Shown here piece after piece: positions 26,143 to 36,800 of a stretch of 64,000 nucleotides of DNA. The notes under the pieces are model-generated. The model saw only the letters and a list, made by a program, of their open reading frames with translations, made no database searches and had not been told where the DNA came from. The DNA lies in the NCBI GenBank assembly GCA_965644295.1, contig CBFFRP010000406.1, forward strand, positions 372,001-436,000, in the 5' to 3' direction. A program made the translations under genes and the position numbers. The stretch is from Paraphysomonas bandaiensis (lineage: Eukaryota; Protista; Chrysophyceae). Numbering within the stretch: position 1 is the stretch's first letter; every line of letters starts with the position of its first letter.

Positions 26143-27789
26143 ATGCAATACGCTTTTCGTCCAGGTGGTGCTACTCGCGACGATGCCGTACCGGTGATTG
26201 CTGTTCCTATGTAATTGTTGTTTATATTAATATTATATATAGCCTTTAGTCTCATTTAAAGCGGGAAAATGCATCCTCGAGCAACAGCCCGAAGGTGATT
26301 TTCTCGTCACTCCTGACCGTAGTTCAGGCACTATCGTTTTGAAAAAAGGGAATGATAATTTAATGCATTTCAAGTGGTTAGACAGGTCAACCGGCGTTCC
26401 GGTCGATGACTTCCTCGTCTTCCCCGGGGAGGTGCAATTTAAACGAGTCCGCACCGGCAAGTCGTCGGATCGCGTGTATGTGCTTAAATGGCGTGCTGGT
26501 GACCGTCGGTTACTGTTCTGGATGCAAGATAAAGATTCCAGTGAGGACACGGAAAATGCCAAAAAAATAAATACCTTTATCAACGATCCCAATGCCCAAC
26601 AAGAAAGCGGTGCAAGTGCCTCCGGAAGAAACAATTTCATGTCTCAAATGCTCAGGTAAGGCGCTTCAATTTCAAATTTGATAGTATAGTTATATATCTC
26701 GATTATCTGATCCCCGTGCTTACTTTTCCCTACTTCGTTGATGTAATTGTGGGTACATGCAGAATGAACCAGCCCCAGTCTTCTGGAAGCCAGCCGCAAC
26801 ATTCCAATGTATTTGGACTGGATTTCGGACGTATCATGCAGGACATCCAAACTGGTCAAAGTGGTGTCCCCAACGCTGCAGGCAGTAGTAGTAACACCTC
26901 TAGAGGAGGGCAAGATGGAATGGGCACTGCTACTCCACAAACACCACAACAGTGAGTAGAATACGCAATATGCTATGAATTATACTATATAGGTTGTAGT
27001 GTGTCGTGTACCCTGTCATATTTGCCCTTACCTTTTGCTTATGGGGCACGCTACTTTTATTGTGCGCACCATCTAAGTAGTTGCTCTGATATTACTATCT
27101 AAGCACTCTTGCGCAGAGCCAGCAGTTCTGGCGTGCTTTCTGCCGAAGCTTTACAGCAAGCTATGGCAGGTATAAGTACCGGTCAATCCGATACTGGCAA
27201 TCAGTCTGCACCTACTGATATTCGTCGGGTATTGAATGCTGAGGCGGTAATTAACACAGGGATTCTCGACGACCCTGAAGGTACACAATGTACTGTATTA
27301 GTGTACCCTGTATGATGTCACTTTATACGGTACTATTACTCGTTTCATTATAAACCTAGCCAATTCACGTGGTTTACTAATAACTCTAATATTATCGCAG
27401 TTCGTCGAACTCTAATTTCATATTTGCCTGAGTCACAGCAGTCCGACGCTGCACTTATGGAAAATCTGCGCAGCCCTCAATTTCAGCAGGCGCTCGACTC
27501 TCTCAGCAATGCGCTGCAGTCAGAAAACTTTAACACTGTTATGGCCAACATGGGGATCGACCCAGCTCCAGGGATGGACCACCTGGTATGTCGTATAAAT
27601 ACTGCTTCGTACATAATAATATGACATTTGACTGTACTATACGTAATCATATGTGTATAGATGAGAGGTGATGCAATTGGAGCGTTTCTTGCAGCTGCAA
27701 ACGCAGTCAACCGAAACCAAACAGAGGATTCCACGAATACTAATACAGCTGATGGTGACTCTGAGACCAAAATGGACGAATCGAATTAA
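26143..27789 (+). CDS. RPN13: Proteasomal ubiquitin receptor Rpn13/ADRM1, multi-exon
   Basis: Pru domain LVSFKAGK...VTPD...HFKWLDR...DDFLVFPGE...RVYVLKW...LLFWMQD. C-terminal UCH37-binding region LRSPQFQQALDSLSNALQS. Confidence 0.93.
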
Positions 27790-29682
27790 ATGAGTGCGTG
27801 GTCTGGCTAGTGCGTAGAGACTGCTTGCTGCTAATAAATACTTATCATTGATTTCATTTTATACTATGTAACAAGCTACGCACTGTGTTATCATTTTATA
27901 TATATTTAACACTATCAATGGACGGATTGTTGATAGGATCACCTTTCAACAAATTTATGGCTAAATTAACTATTCAGTGAGAGATAGTAAAAGATATTGA
28001 GATGAAGAGAAGACTTACTACCTAAAGAATAAAGCCTAATACGTAATAGGATGATAGTGAGACACAACTGCAAGGAGCATTTATTAAGATTCATTTATTC
28101 ACAGATATCTCATAACGCGTGAATACAAAATGCAATATCTATATACTATATACAATGAAATATCATTTGACTGAATAATTACCAGACTATATAAAATACG
28201 CGACTGTAAAAGTTAAGCTAATGTGTGTAGTGCAAACGCCATGTTCAAACGTGTCTTGTCATCATACTATTAGGTCTTATCCTTCATGTGAAGTTTATAT
28301 AATCAATCCTTTTCTTGTAATTATACGAAGTGTATCTTTAATTAAATACTAAGACTAGCTCTAAATCTTATTTGCACTGGGTCCAATCACGTACCAGCAT
28401 ATCTTGTATAGTCACGTATCTTATTGTAAAGATAACACTTCTCGTGAAACGCCAACTCTATAATACCCGATCATTTTACGTATGTGATGTATTGCCCTCC
28501 TAGGAAGCCCCCTGACTCACCAAAAGTGTCTTTTATAACGAGAAATAAGCAACTTTTTAAAACAACATCATTCTCAAACATAACAATCATAATATATTTA
28601 TCATATATAACGTAGTTTATTTCGAATAAATTGCGAAAATCAATCAGAAAGCACCAAGCAAGGAAACCCAAGCAGAGAGCAGTGCTTAATGCAATTCAGA
28701 AAAGAATTGCCAATATCTCTGACATGTTGAACATGCTTGGTGCTACCAGGAGCATGAATTTCGTAGTTTGAGAACGTTTTTGTACTTCGTAGAAAACTGC
28801 TCACACGTTCTTTCAGTCATGTATTTGACAAAGACGGTTAGTATTCTACGGGTGACCTCATATATTCAGTTCCCTCTGATAACAAGAAGTGCTATACAAT
28901 GATGGCAACAACGAATACTTCCTCGTTCCCCCTTGAACACAATGCCTATATAGTAAACCTCATTGCTCGTATGCCAAATGATTCCGAAGTTGAAAATCAA
29001 GGTGCATGTTTGATGTACACTGGGGTATCTGAGACGTCATGTTCAGTACTCTCCTACAAAGAAAAAGACCACAGCACCGTAACTGTATTAGAAGTTTCAC
29101 ATGTCTGTTGGCAGGTTACATGTCAAAATCGCTTTGCGGATCTCCTAAAGTTGTCATATTAGAGGTCTCTATGACATTACTAATGAGGGACATCAACCTT
29201 ATAGTCTCACTCAGGAGTTATCCGTACTAGGAGGCACGTCAGTAATAGGCGGCCTAAATTACTACTAGTACGAAGCTTCGACACACAGCAATGCAATACG
29301 ACTAAGTTTCACTCACACAGTTTGCTTTAATGATTTCTCAGTAGATGCCTCACCATAATAGAGTCAGTTCTGTTTAGCAATACTGTACATGGCGCTGGAC
29401 ATGCTCCATCAACGAGTGAAGAAGCAGCTTCAAGATATTCATGATAATAATGCTGAGATCTAGATATTTTTAAAAAAGGGGTTTCTTACAGGAAGAAAGT
29501 GCTAAATCCCTATTTTTTACTAGCCTCCAGTTGAAAAACTCTCCACTTTTGCGCACAGCAGCGATCATTCTCTTCATGCACAAGTAGCTCCACAGTGTTG
29601 CCAGGGACTGTAGCTTCAGCATGAAGTAGAGAGGTGTGCTGTCCTTTATCTCCTTATAAGAACACAGTGATTATTAAAACAA

Positions 29683-32196
29683 ATGGCCACTTCATATTCA
29701 GACCGATTAAAGAATTTTGCATCCGCGATAATAGCGGAAGACATGAGTGATGGCGTATTGGAGAAGCAACAGCAGTTGTTTGGACCGTGTGTTAGGAATA
29801 AACTGCCTGTAGACACTGTGTCCAAACCAGGAAAATGTATATTCTTTTCTCAATTGATTGAGACGCGTGGAGATATTGGAGTAAAAATTTACAAGAAGTG
29901 TTGTGCATGTTATTCGTCTGACTCACAAGACCAGGCTATTTTTGCTTCTTCTGCAGCGTCAGGAACTGGAAAGACTCACGGGGTGTACGCAGCTGGAAAG
30001 CATATGTTTTCTCTAGTTATAAGAGTCGGAACTTCAAGCGACGAAATTAATGGCGGAGCAGTACTTAGTTCACCATGGGAGGAACTTGTCAAAACCATTA
30101 CAGCTATTAGGGAGTATTACTTGCGTCAAAATGAGGTGGATGGTGTGCCTGTCAGTTTCGAAAAGTGCAAAGAATGTGCTCATTATGCGTATACTTGTAT
30201 TAAGCTGCTAGTTTCTTGCTACATGGCAGTGTCGATTGATGCTCTCCGCTTGGTAACGTCGCCGTCTTTATCAGAAGCACAACAGAGGGAATTTCTGTTG
30301 AGCTTCCACAGAAATTGCATATCCGAGGATTTGGTGCGAGAACGGTTCCTTTGCGAATTGGATTTCCATCGCAATTCCTACACCAGTGAATGCCACCTTC
30401 TCGATGCTGAGTCTGTGAACAATTTTTGCAATGGGTTGGAGATGAGTTTTAGTCAACAAGTTTTAATCTGCTTTGATGAAATCCCTGCACTCAAGGACTA
30501 CTTTCCGAAGCTTTTCATTGACTCTGATACCTATTTGAAGAATGACGAACCTGAGCCCGGAGATGCTAGCATTCACAGAGGGCTTTTGTATGCAGTTGCC
30601 TGTTGTATGGTGTCTCTATCAAATTCCACGAAATGGTCAATGCTTATGACGGGCACATCATTTTCCTTAACCCAATTATCTTGCTCGGGCCAGGGTTTGT
30701 CGCCAGTACGTGGGTGTGTGGAGGCGGTTTCCCCTGACAAAATTTTGGATGTGTCGGATATGCAGGCCTTGTTGCAATATTACTTCAACCTATCCGATGG
30801 GACGCTGGAGGATGTTGCTGTTGTGTCTATGCTCAAGAGATGTTGTGGTCGTCCCCATATTTTCGTGAACATTGTGTTGAAAAGAATCTTCGATACACTT
30901 CTTTTTTTGAAATGCAAAGTGGATGAGGTTGGTGTGGAGCTACTATTGGGTTCGTGGACTGATTTTGTCGCAAATATGCAAAGCGTATACCAACGTTTGT
31001 TTCGCAACTTGCTGAGTATTTCTCCGCGACTGCTCCCTCACGGCAGTAATGGCTCCACGAAGTCTTTGGCGCCTCTACTTCTTTCAGCACTTCTCTTCAA
31101 TAAAGGTATTATGAATCTTCCAGATGATGATGTTGTTGCTGAAGCAATTCGTTGCAGTATCATCCCGGTTTCGTCCTCTATGGGAGGCAAGTGGGTGGAT
31201 ATAACAGCCGAACCTATTGTAGAGGAGGCGTTGCGGAAAGTGCTTGTACAGATGGCTGATGACAAGAAAGAAATCATAATGCGTTTGGTTCTGAGTGGAG
31301 TAAAATGCCAGGACAAAGGCATCACAGCTGAAACTGCCTTTACCTATTTTTTGGTATTGTGCTCTTTTGTGAATATCCAGAAGCAGCGACCCAATCTATT
31401 GTCCGGACTGATCGCCCCCTTTTTCGAAAATATTCATCAGCAACCACCTCAGCTCTCCGCCTTTACTTGTGAGGTTACCACGTTGGTGGATATGTCTGGT
31501 TGGGCAGCGGAGGGAAACTGTTTTCTGCGCAGGTTCGTCAAAGAGGATGGATCGTACGACACCTCTATACTGCTCGTCAATATTCCTATCACTGCTGGGG
31601 TAGATGTAGCGTTTTTGGTTGTAAACAAGAGTGCTCCACTTAACTCTCCACTCCGCACAAGACTAGTTGCTTTGCAGCTGAAAAACCGTAAGAAGGGTCA
31701 ACTGAAGTCTGCCTTGTTGACTATTCACTCTGGTACTCAATATATGACGAATAAGCAACGTGAGTATGCGATACACAACGCGACTCGAACTCCCAGAGAT
31801 GCCGAGGAAGATTGGCTTAATAAATTTCCTAGAAGTGATTCTGGGGGTATCGATTTCTTAGAGTGGAATGATTATCAAAACCAGTTCGCAGCAAATCACC
31901 CAGTGCTATGTAACAAATGGATTCGAATTGCTGTCTTTGCCCAGCCCATACATGATGCTATTTACAACTTTCTGCAAGATTTTCCGAGTAGCATTAGTAG
32001 CTTATATCGCCAAGTCAATATCGATGAAGGCATTACAGGAAGTACAGTGTCCAATAGCGAGGGAGCGAAGTTAGACGATCATAGTGACTACGCAGATGAC
32101 GAAGAGGAAGAAGTGGACGACCCAGAGGTCAAACGATTGGAGGTTGCGGCGGATAGCAGTCCTGTTGTGGTGCTGACAATGAACTCCAAGAATTAG
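29683..32196 (+). CDS. Intronless P-loop NTPase plus PD-(D/E)xK-like nuclease protein of Crinkler (CR-NTPase/CR-REase) architecture
   Basis: Walker A ASGTGKT, Walker B VLICFDE, LMTGT and CCGRPH. C-terminal GITAE...AGVDVAFLV...VALQLK (E-D-QxK). Confidence 0.7.
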   Translation: MATSYSDRLKNFASAIIAEDMSDGVLEKQQQLFGPCVRNKLPVDTVSKPGKCIFFSQLIETRGDIGVKIYKKCCACYSSDSQDQAIFASSAASGTGKTHGVYAAGKHMFSLVIRVGTSSDEINGGAVLSSPWEELVKTITAIREYYLRQNEVDGVPVSFEKCKECAHYAYTCIKLLVSCYMAVSIDALRLVTSPSLSEAQQREFLLSFHRNCISEDLVRERFLCELDFHRNSYTSECHLLDAESVNNFCNGLEMSFSQQVLICFDEIPALKDYFPKLFIDSDTYLKNDEPEPGDASIHRGLLYAVACCMVSLSNSTKWSMLMTGTSFSLTQLSCSGQGLSPVRGCVEAVSPDKILDVSDMQALLQYYFNLSDGTLEDVAVVSMLKRCCGRPHIFVNIVLKRIFDTLLFLKCKVDEVGVELLLGSWTDFVANMQSVYQRLFRNLLSISPRLLPHGSNGSTKSLAPLLLSALLFNKGIMNLPDDDVVAEAIRCSIIPVSSSMGGKWVDITAEPIVEEALRKVLVQMADDKKEIIMRLVLSGVKCQDKGITAETAFTYFLVLCSFVNIQKQRPNLLSGLIAPFFENIHQQPPQLSAFTCEVTTLVDMSGWAAEGNCFLRRFVKEDGSYDTSILLVNIPITAGVDVAFLVVNKSAPLNSPLRTRLVALQLKNRKKGQLKSALLTIHSGTQYMTNKQREYAIHNATRTPRDAEEDWLNKFPRSDSGGIDFLEWNDYQNQFAANHPVLCNKWIRIAVFAQPIHDAIYNFLQDFPSSISSLYRQVNIDEGITGSTVSNSEGAKLDDHSDYADDEEEEVDDPEVKRLEVAADSSPVVVLTMNSKN

Positions 32197-33404
32197 CTCA
32201 CGGAAAAATTTCGATCAGATTTCATTGATAGCACTAGTGCTAACCTGTATCTTCCCAACTCTAAGAATATAATCCCATATTTCGACCATCTAACCGTTTC
32301 TGCTGTGCGAGGGGCGCAATGCATCTCCGAAAATATGCCACCTGTATTTTGATATCGTCTTTCCTTAAATGTAAATATAGTCGGGGACATTCCGGTTTAG
32401 TCACCAGTATTTTCCAGATATTGAATTTATTTTTTCCATTCAAAAATGATTTTAAGCGTTTCCCAACTCTCCATCTCGTTTCGTATAATTCTTTTGTACT
32501 CTAATGAATCGAAATTATTCTTGACATAAATTTTCACTATTCGAGGAATTGTAGAAGCATGTATGTAAAATATGGAGTCATTTCAATCAGTAAGAAGTCA
32601 AGGATTTATTACTGATTACTGATTCAGCAATTACTGCGCGAAGTATTCAGTTGGAGGGATGTTCGATTGACTTTTCGTCAGGTGAAAGATTCTTTATGTT
32701 GAATTTTGCTGGTCTTCAGCAAACAATTAAAAGCTGTATTCATAAGATATTCGAATATTATTTATGACCGTCACTTGAAGCATATAGCACTTGAAAACAT
32801 GAATCAATGAAATGTTATGACATTTCGTCAGATACTAAACTCTAAACTGAAATACTTTGACTGTATAAAATAGAGTCTTCCACTAGCCACTAATGGGTGC
32901 CGGCTTTCAACGCCTACTGCTAAATAACAAGACTTTCAATATATAAAATAGAGTCTGGTAGCCATTAATGGCCCACCAATGGGTGCCCAAGCATATTTCA
33001 ATAATTCGCAACAGTAAATAATCATTTCAACCTCGTAATTGTTTTAATACAAGTAACTGTTTTAATTGTTTTAATGATGACTGCCGTTGTTGCATGCATG
33101 TTGTTATATAACAGCATTTTTGTGAAAATCCAATCGGCTTTATGTATATCATTATTTAATTAATCAGCAATATCAAGTTACTGCACGAGTGCTCTTTGAT
33201 GATTTGTGCTGGCAATTGAGAACTCTAAAGAATGCGAGTAAGCTCCGTAAGAAATTTATGCACAGCAGTCAGTCAAGATACCAGCAGGTCGGATTCCACA
33301 TTTGTAGTGATGACCGCTATTTGCATCCATCTGGCCACTTGCTATCATGCGGATTTGGTTCTACTGTATTAAGTCTAATTCCAAGTGAAACGTCAAGCTG
33401 GTAC

Positions 33405-33725
33405 TATTGACTAAAGACCATTTTCAGATGATTAAGATCGTTGTAAGAGAAGTTTAAGTTAGTCAAACTAGATAGATTACTTTATTATGATTGTATACAC
33501 AATTGTGTGTGTTGTCATGTAGCACATGTCAACAACATGATAAATTATTTCGTTCATGTTAACCACTGCTCAACTTCCGTATCTTGAATCGTCATGATAT
33601 AATACTTCAGTTTCACAGTTATAGCTATATAGCACCTTTTGACTATTGACTACGTATTACTGTTTTTCACATTGTATTTAACGTATTCTACAGTACTATC
33701 TTAGAGAACCATACGTATTCCAACA
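33405..33725 (-). repeat. 3' LTR
   Basis: Identical by eye to 38594-38914. On the element strand it reads TGTTGG...TCAATA and contains TATATA and AATAAA. Confidence 0.97.
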
Positions 33726-33734
33726 CTCCTCCTC
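33726..33734 (-). promoter_or_regulatory. Polypurine tract GAGGAGGAG
   Basis: Purine run directly abutting the 3' LTR on the element strand. Confidence 0.85.
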
Positions 33735-33891
33735 AATGTAGAAACGAGTAATCGTCATTATACTGCAGCTATATATATCATCTAGTCATCTTAGGATAAA
33801 ACGGATGTGAAAATCTTCATAAAGATACTGTGAACATCACACTTCGCTGTAACACAGTTATGTGGGATTCTTACCCACTAAAAACACACCC

Positions 33892-36800
33892 TTAACCTTT
33901 CTTGAACCGCTTCTTCTGATTCTTCTCAACTTCATTTGAAATGCTCCTCTTTTCCCCTGTGATAGTTTCTTCATGGAGTTTAAAGAGCTTTGTAGATAAC
34001 GCTTTTGTAAATATGTCGGCCGCCATATCCTTAGTCGATACATGAATCAATCTGGCTGTAGGAAACCTTCCATTTACGTGTTCCCGAACCCAGTGGTACT
34101 TTATCTGAATATGTTTTGATCTTTTGTGATAGACTGGATTTTCTGACAGATCTTTTGCACTCTTGCTGTCCATGAAGAATGGGGTTGGCTTCGTCAATGC
34201 GAGTCCTAGCTCTCGTAACACCCCCCGTAGCCACACCAGTTCTTGCATGGCCGCATATTCAGCCATATACTCGGACTCCATACTGGAAGTTGCAACTGTA
34301 GTCTGCAGTTTGGACTGCCATGCGATTGCTCCAGCACATAAGAATACAATATAACCGGTAGTTGAACGTCTCGTTAGTATATCACCTGCCCAGTCCGCAT
34401 CACTAAATACATGTAAATCAAACTTACTCCCACTGAATTTGATTCCTTTGCTGGTGGTGCCTCTCAAATATTTCAATAAATGAATAGCTAAACGACACGA
34501 TGCGTATGTAGGATTACTGCTGTATCTCGATAGTAATCCGATTGCATAGGCGAGATCTGGTCTTGTGTGGAGTGCGAGATACAGGATTGCTCCAATAATA
34601 CTACGATACGGAAATTTTGAGACCCAGTCCTCCTGTTCTGATGTAAGTTCCCGTTCTGCAGCTAGTAGTTCTTGTGCATTTGATGGCAACGGAGCTTCCT
34701 TATTCTTTCTACTGTTTCCCATGACATGGTTGAATTTCTGAATCACTTTCTCCGCATACTGTGATTGATCTAGTTTGAACCAGTCTTCGCCTCTCGTGAT
34801 TCGAATATTTAGGAAACTTTGGCACTCTCCCATGTCCCTCATTTCAAACGTTTGGCAGAACTTGTTCTTGACAAAAACAAGGAATTCAAAATCCACAGAT
34901 GCGATTATGATGTCATCTACATACAGGAGTAATAACGTAAGTTTGCCTTGGTGCCAACGATAATATAAGCAGGTATCTAACACGCATGATCTAAACTGCA
35001 TTGACTTTATGAATTTATCGATGTGGCGATTCCACTGACGCGGTGAGGCTCGTAAACCATATAGTGCTTTGATGAGTTTAAAACACCATCCATTGCTGAG
35101 CTCCTCATCTGGAGGTGGGTACATGTAGACATCTTCATCTAAATTTGCATAACAAAATGCAGAACTGACATCAAGCTGGTGTACATGCATATGGAACATA
35201 AAAGCAATTGCAATCACGAGCCTGATAGTTATCCCTTTGACAACCGGTGCAAATGTAGATGGCTCCTCCTCAGTTTTCTCCTGAAGATTTCCTAGTGCGA
35301 CTAGTCGAGCTTTATACTTCTGTATGTTGCCTAGTATGTCACGCTTGAGTTTGTGAACATACTTACATCTGATTAATTTGACCCCAGATGGTCGACGTAC
35401 TATCTTCAAAACGCCTCTTCGTAAAAGAGCTTTCTTCTCTATTCGTCTGGCTGTTCTCCATTCTTCCGCTTGAGGGGACCTCTCCGCCTCTAGAAAACTG
35501 TTCGGTTCATGGACGTGTTTATTCTCAGTACTCTCCTCTGAATCCATGACATTTACATCGGCATCCATTACCTCTATCATGTTAATTTCTCCTAACACTG
35601 AAGCATTAGCTAGCCTCCTCCGTAAACGCTTACGTTTCTCTGCATCCCTTTTAGATACTCTCTGTAGGGTATTAGTACTGTTAGAATTTATAGTATCAGT
35701 ATATTCAGGTACTCCCTGTTTTACTGCTCGATCAGGTTCTCCCTGAGCTGCATCTGCATCAAGTACTCCTTGAGTCATATCTTCATCAGGTGCTCCCTGA
35801 CTAATACCATGGTTAACTAGCTGCTCCTGATGGCTCTCAGGTGCTGGGATAGTGGACGTACTCCGTCCATCAGTGGTACTAGAAGCGTCCCTCGTTCCCG
35901 TATATCCCGTGTATCCAGGCGTATTCCTTGTCATTACCTGAACATCTTCTATATGTATGGGTACCTTCTGCTCAATGTGGGTTCTCCCCGCAGTTACAAG
36001 TGACCGATAACCAACAATGACACCCTTTCTTTCTACCACTCTGGTGGTCTTGTACAACAGCCCGTCTTCATCGTCTATGTGAAAAGTCTTCACGAGATGC
36101 TGATAATCATTCACCGTCTTTGGTCTAGGTGCTGTTCGTACTCGAAGAGCGTCGATTTCTGCGTAATATTCTTCGGTGCGGGAAGGTATACTCTCATCTG
36201 TGAGTATGTGTACACACGTAATTACCTTATCGGTTGCTGGGAGATACACCTGGTATCCAACTTTATCTTCCGAATATCCCACTAGGTATCCAATCTTTGA
36301 TTTATCGTCCCAGTCCTTTCGCCTGTCCGCCTTAGGTGTCAATATATAAGTTTTGCACCCCCATACTCTAAAATATTTCAAACTGGGTGGCTGACCCGTG
36401 ACATACTCATATGGGGACATGTATCCTCTGTCCGTCCTTGTAGGGAGTCTGATCAGTGTATAGCGAGCAGCATGATACGCGTCTAACCAGAATGGAACCG
36501 GTAGGCCTGACTGCAACAACATCGCCAACGCCATCTCTGATGCAGTCCTGAATTTTCGCTCCTCTACTGCATTCATTTCCGGACTATCTGTTGAAGACCA
36601 AGTATGTTTGTAGCAGCCTTGTGATCTCAAATAGCTCCTAAGTTCTTGATTTATGAGTTCTCCAGCTCCATCAGCGTGGTAGTGGTCCACTCTCAGCTTA
36701 TATTGCCTAATCTCTCCTTCGAACACCTCTCTAAAAAACTGAATCACTTCTTCTTTAGTACGCTGGTTTACGCCTTTTACCCAGAACATCCTACTCGGGT

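Noticed and set aside
28650-28744. 11-bp inverted repeat AGCACCAAGCA/TGCTTGGTGCT
   Set aside because: Single short stem with no TSD or second copy, so plausible by chance.
28899-29450. Candidate upstream header exons for the Crinkler-like gene
   Set aside because: Stops interrupt the frames and no in-phase splice to 29683 could be established.
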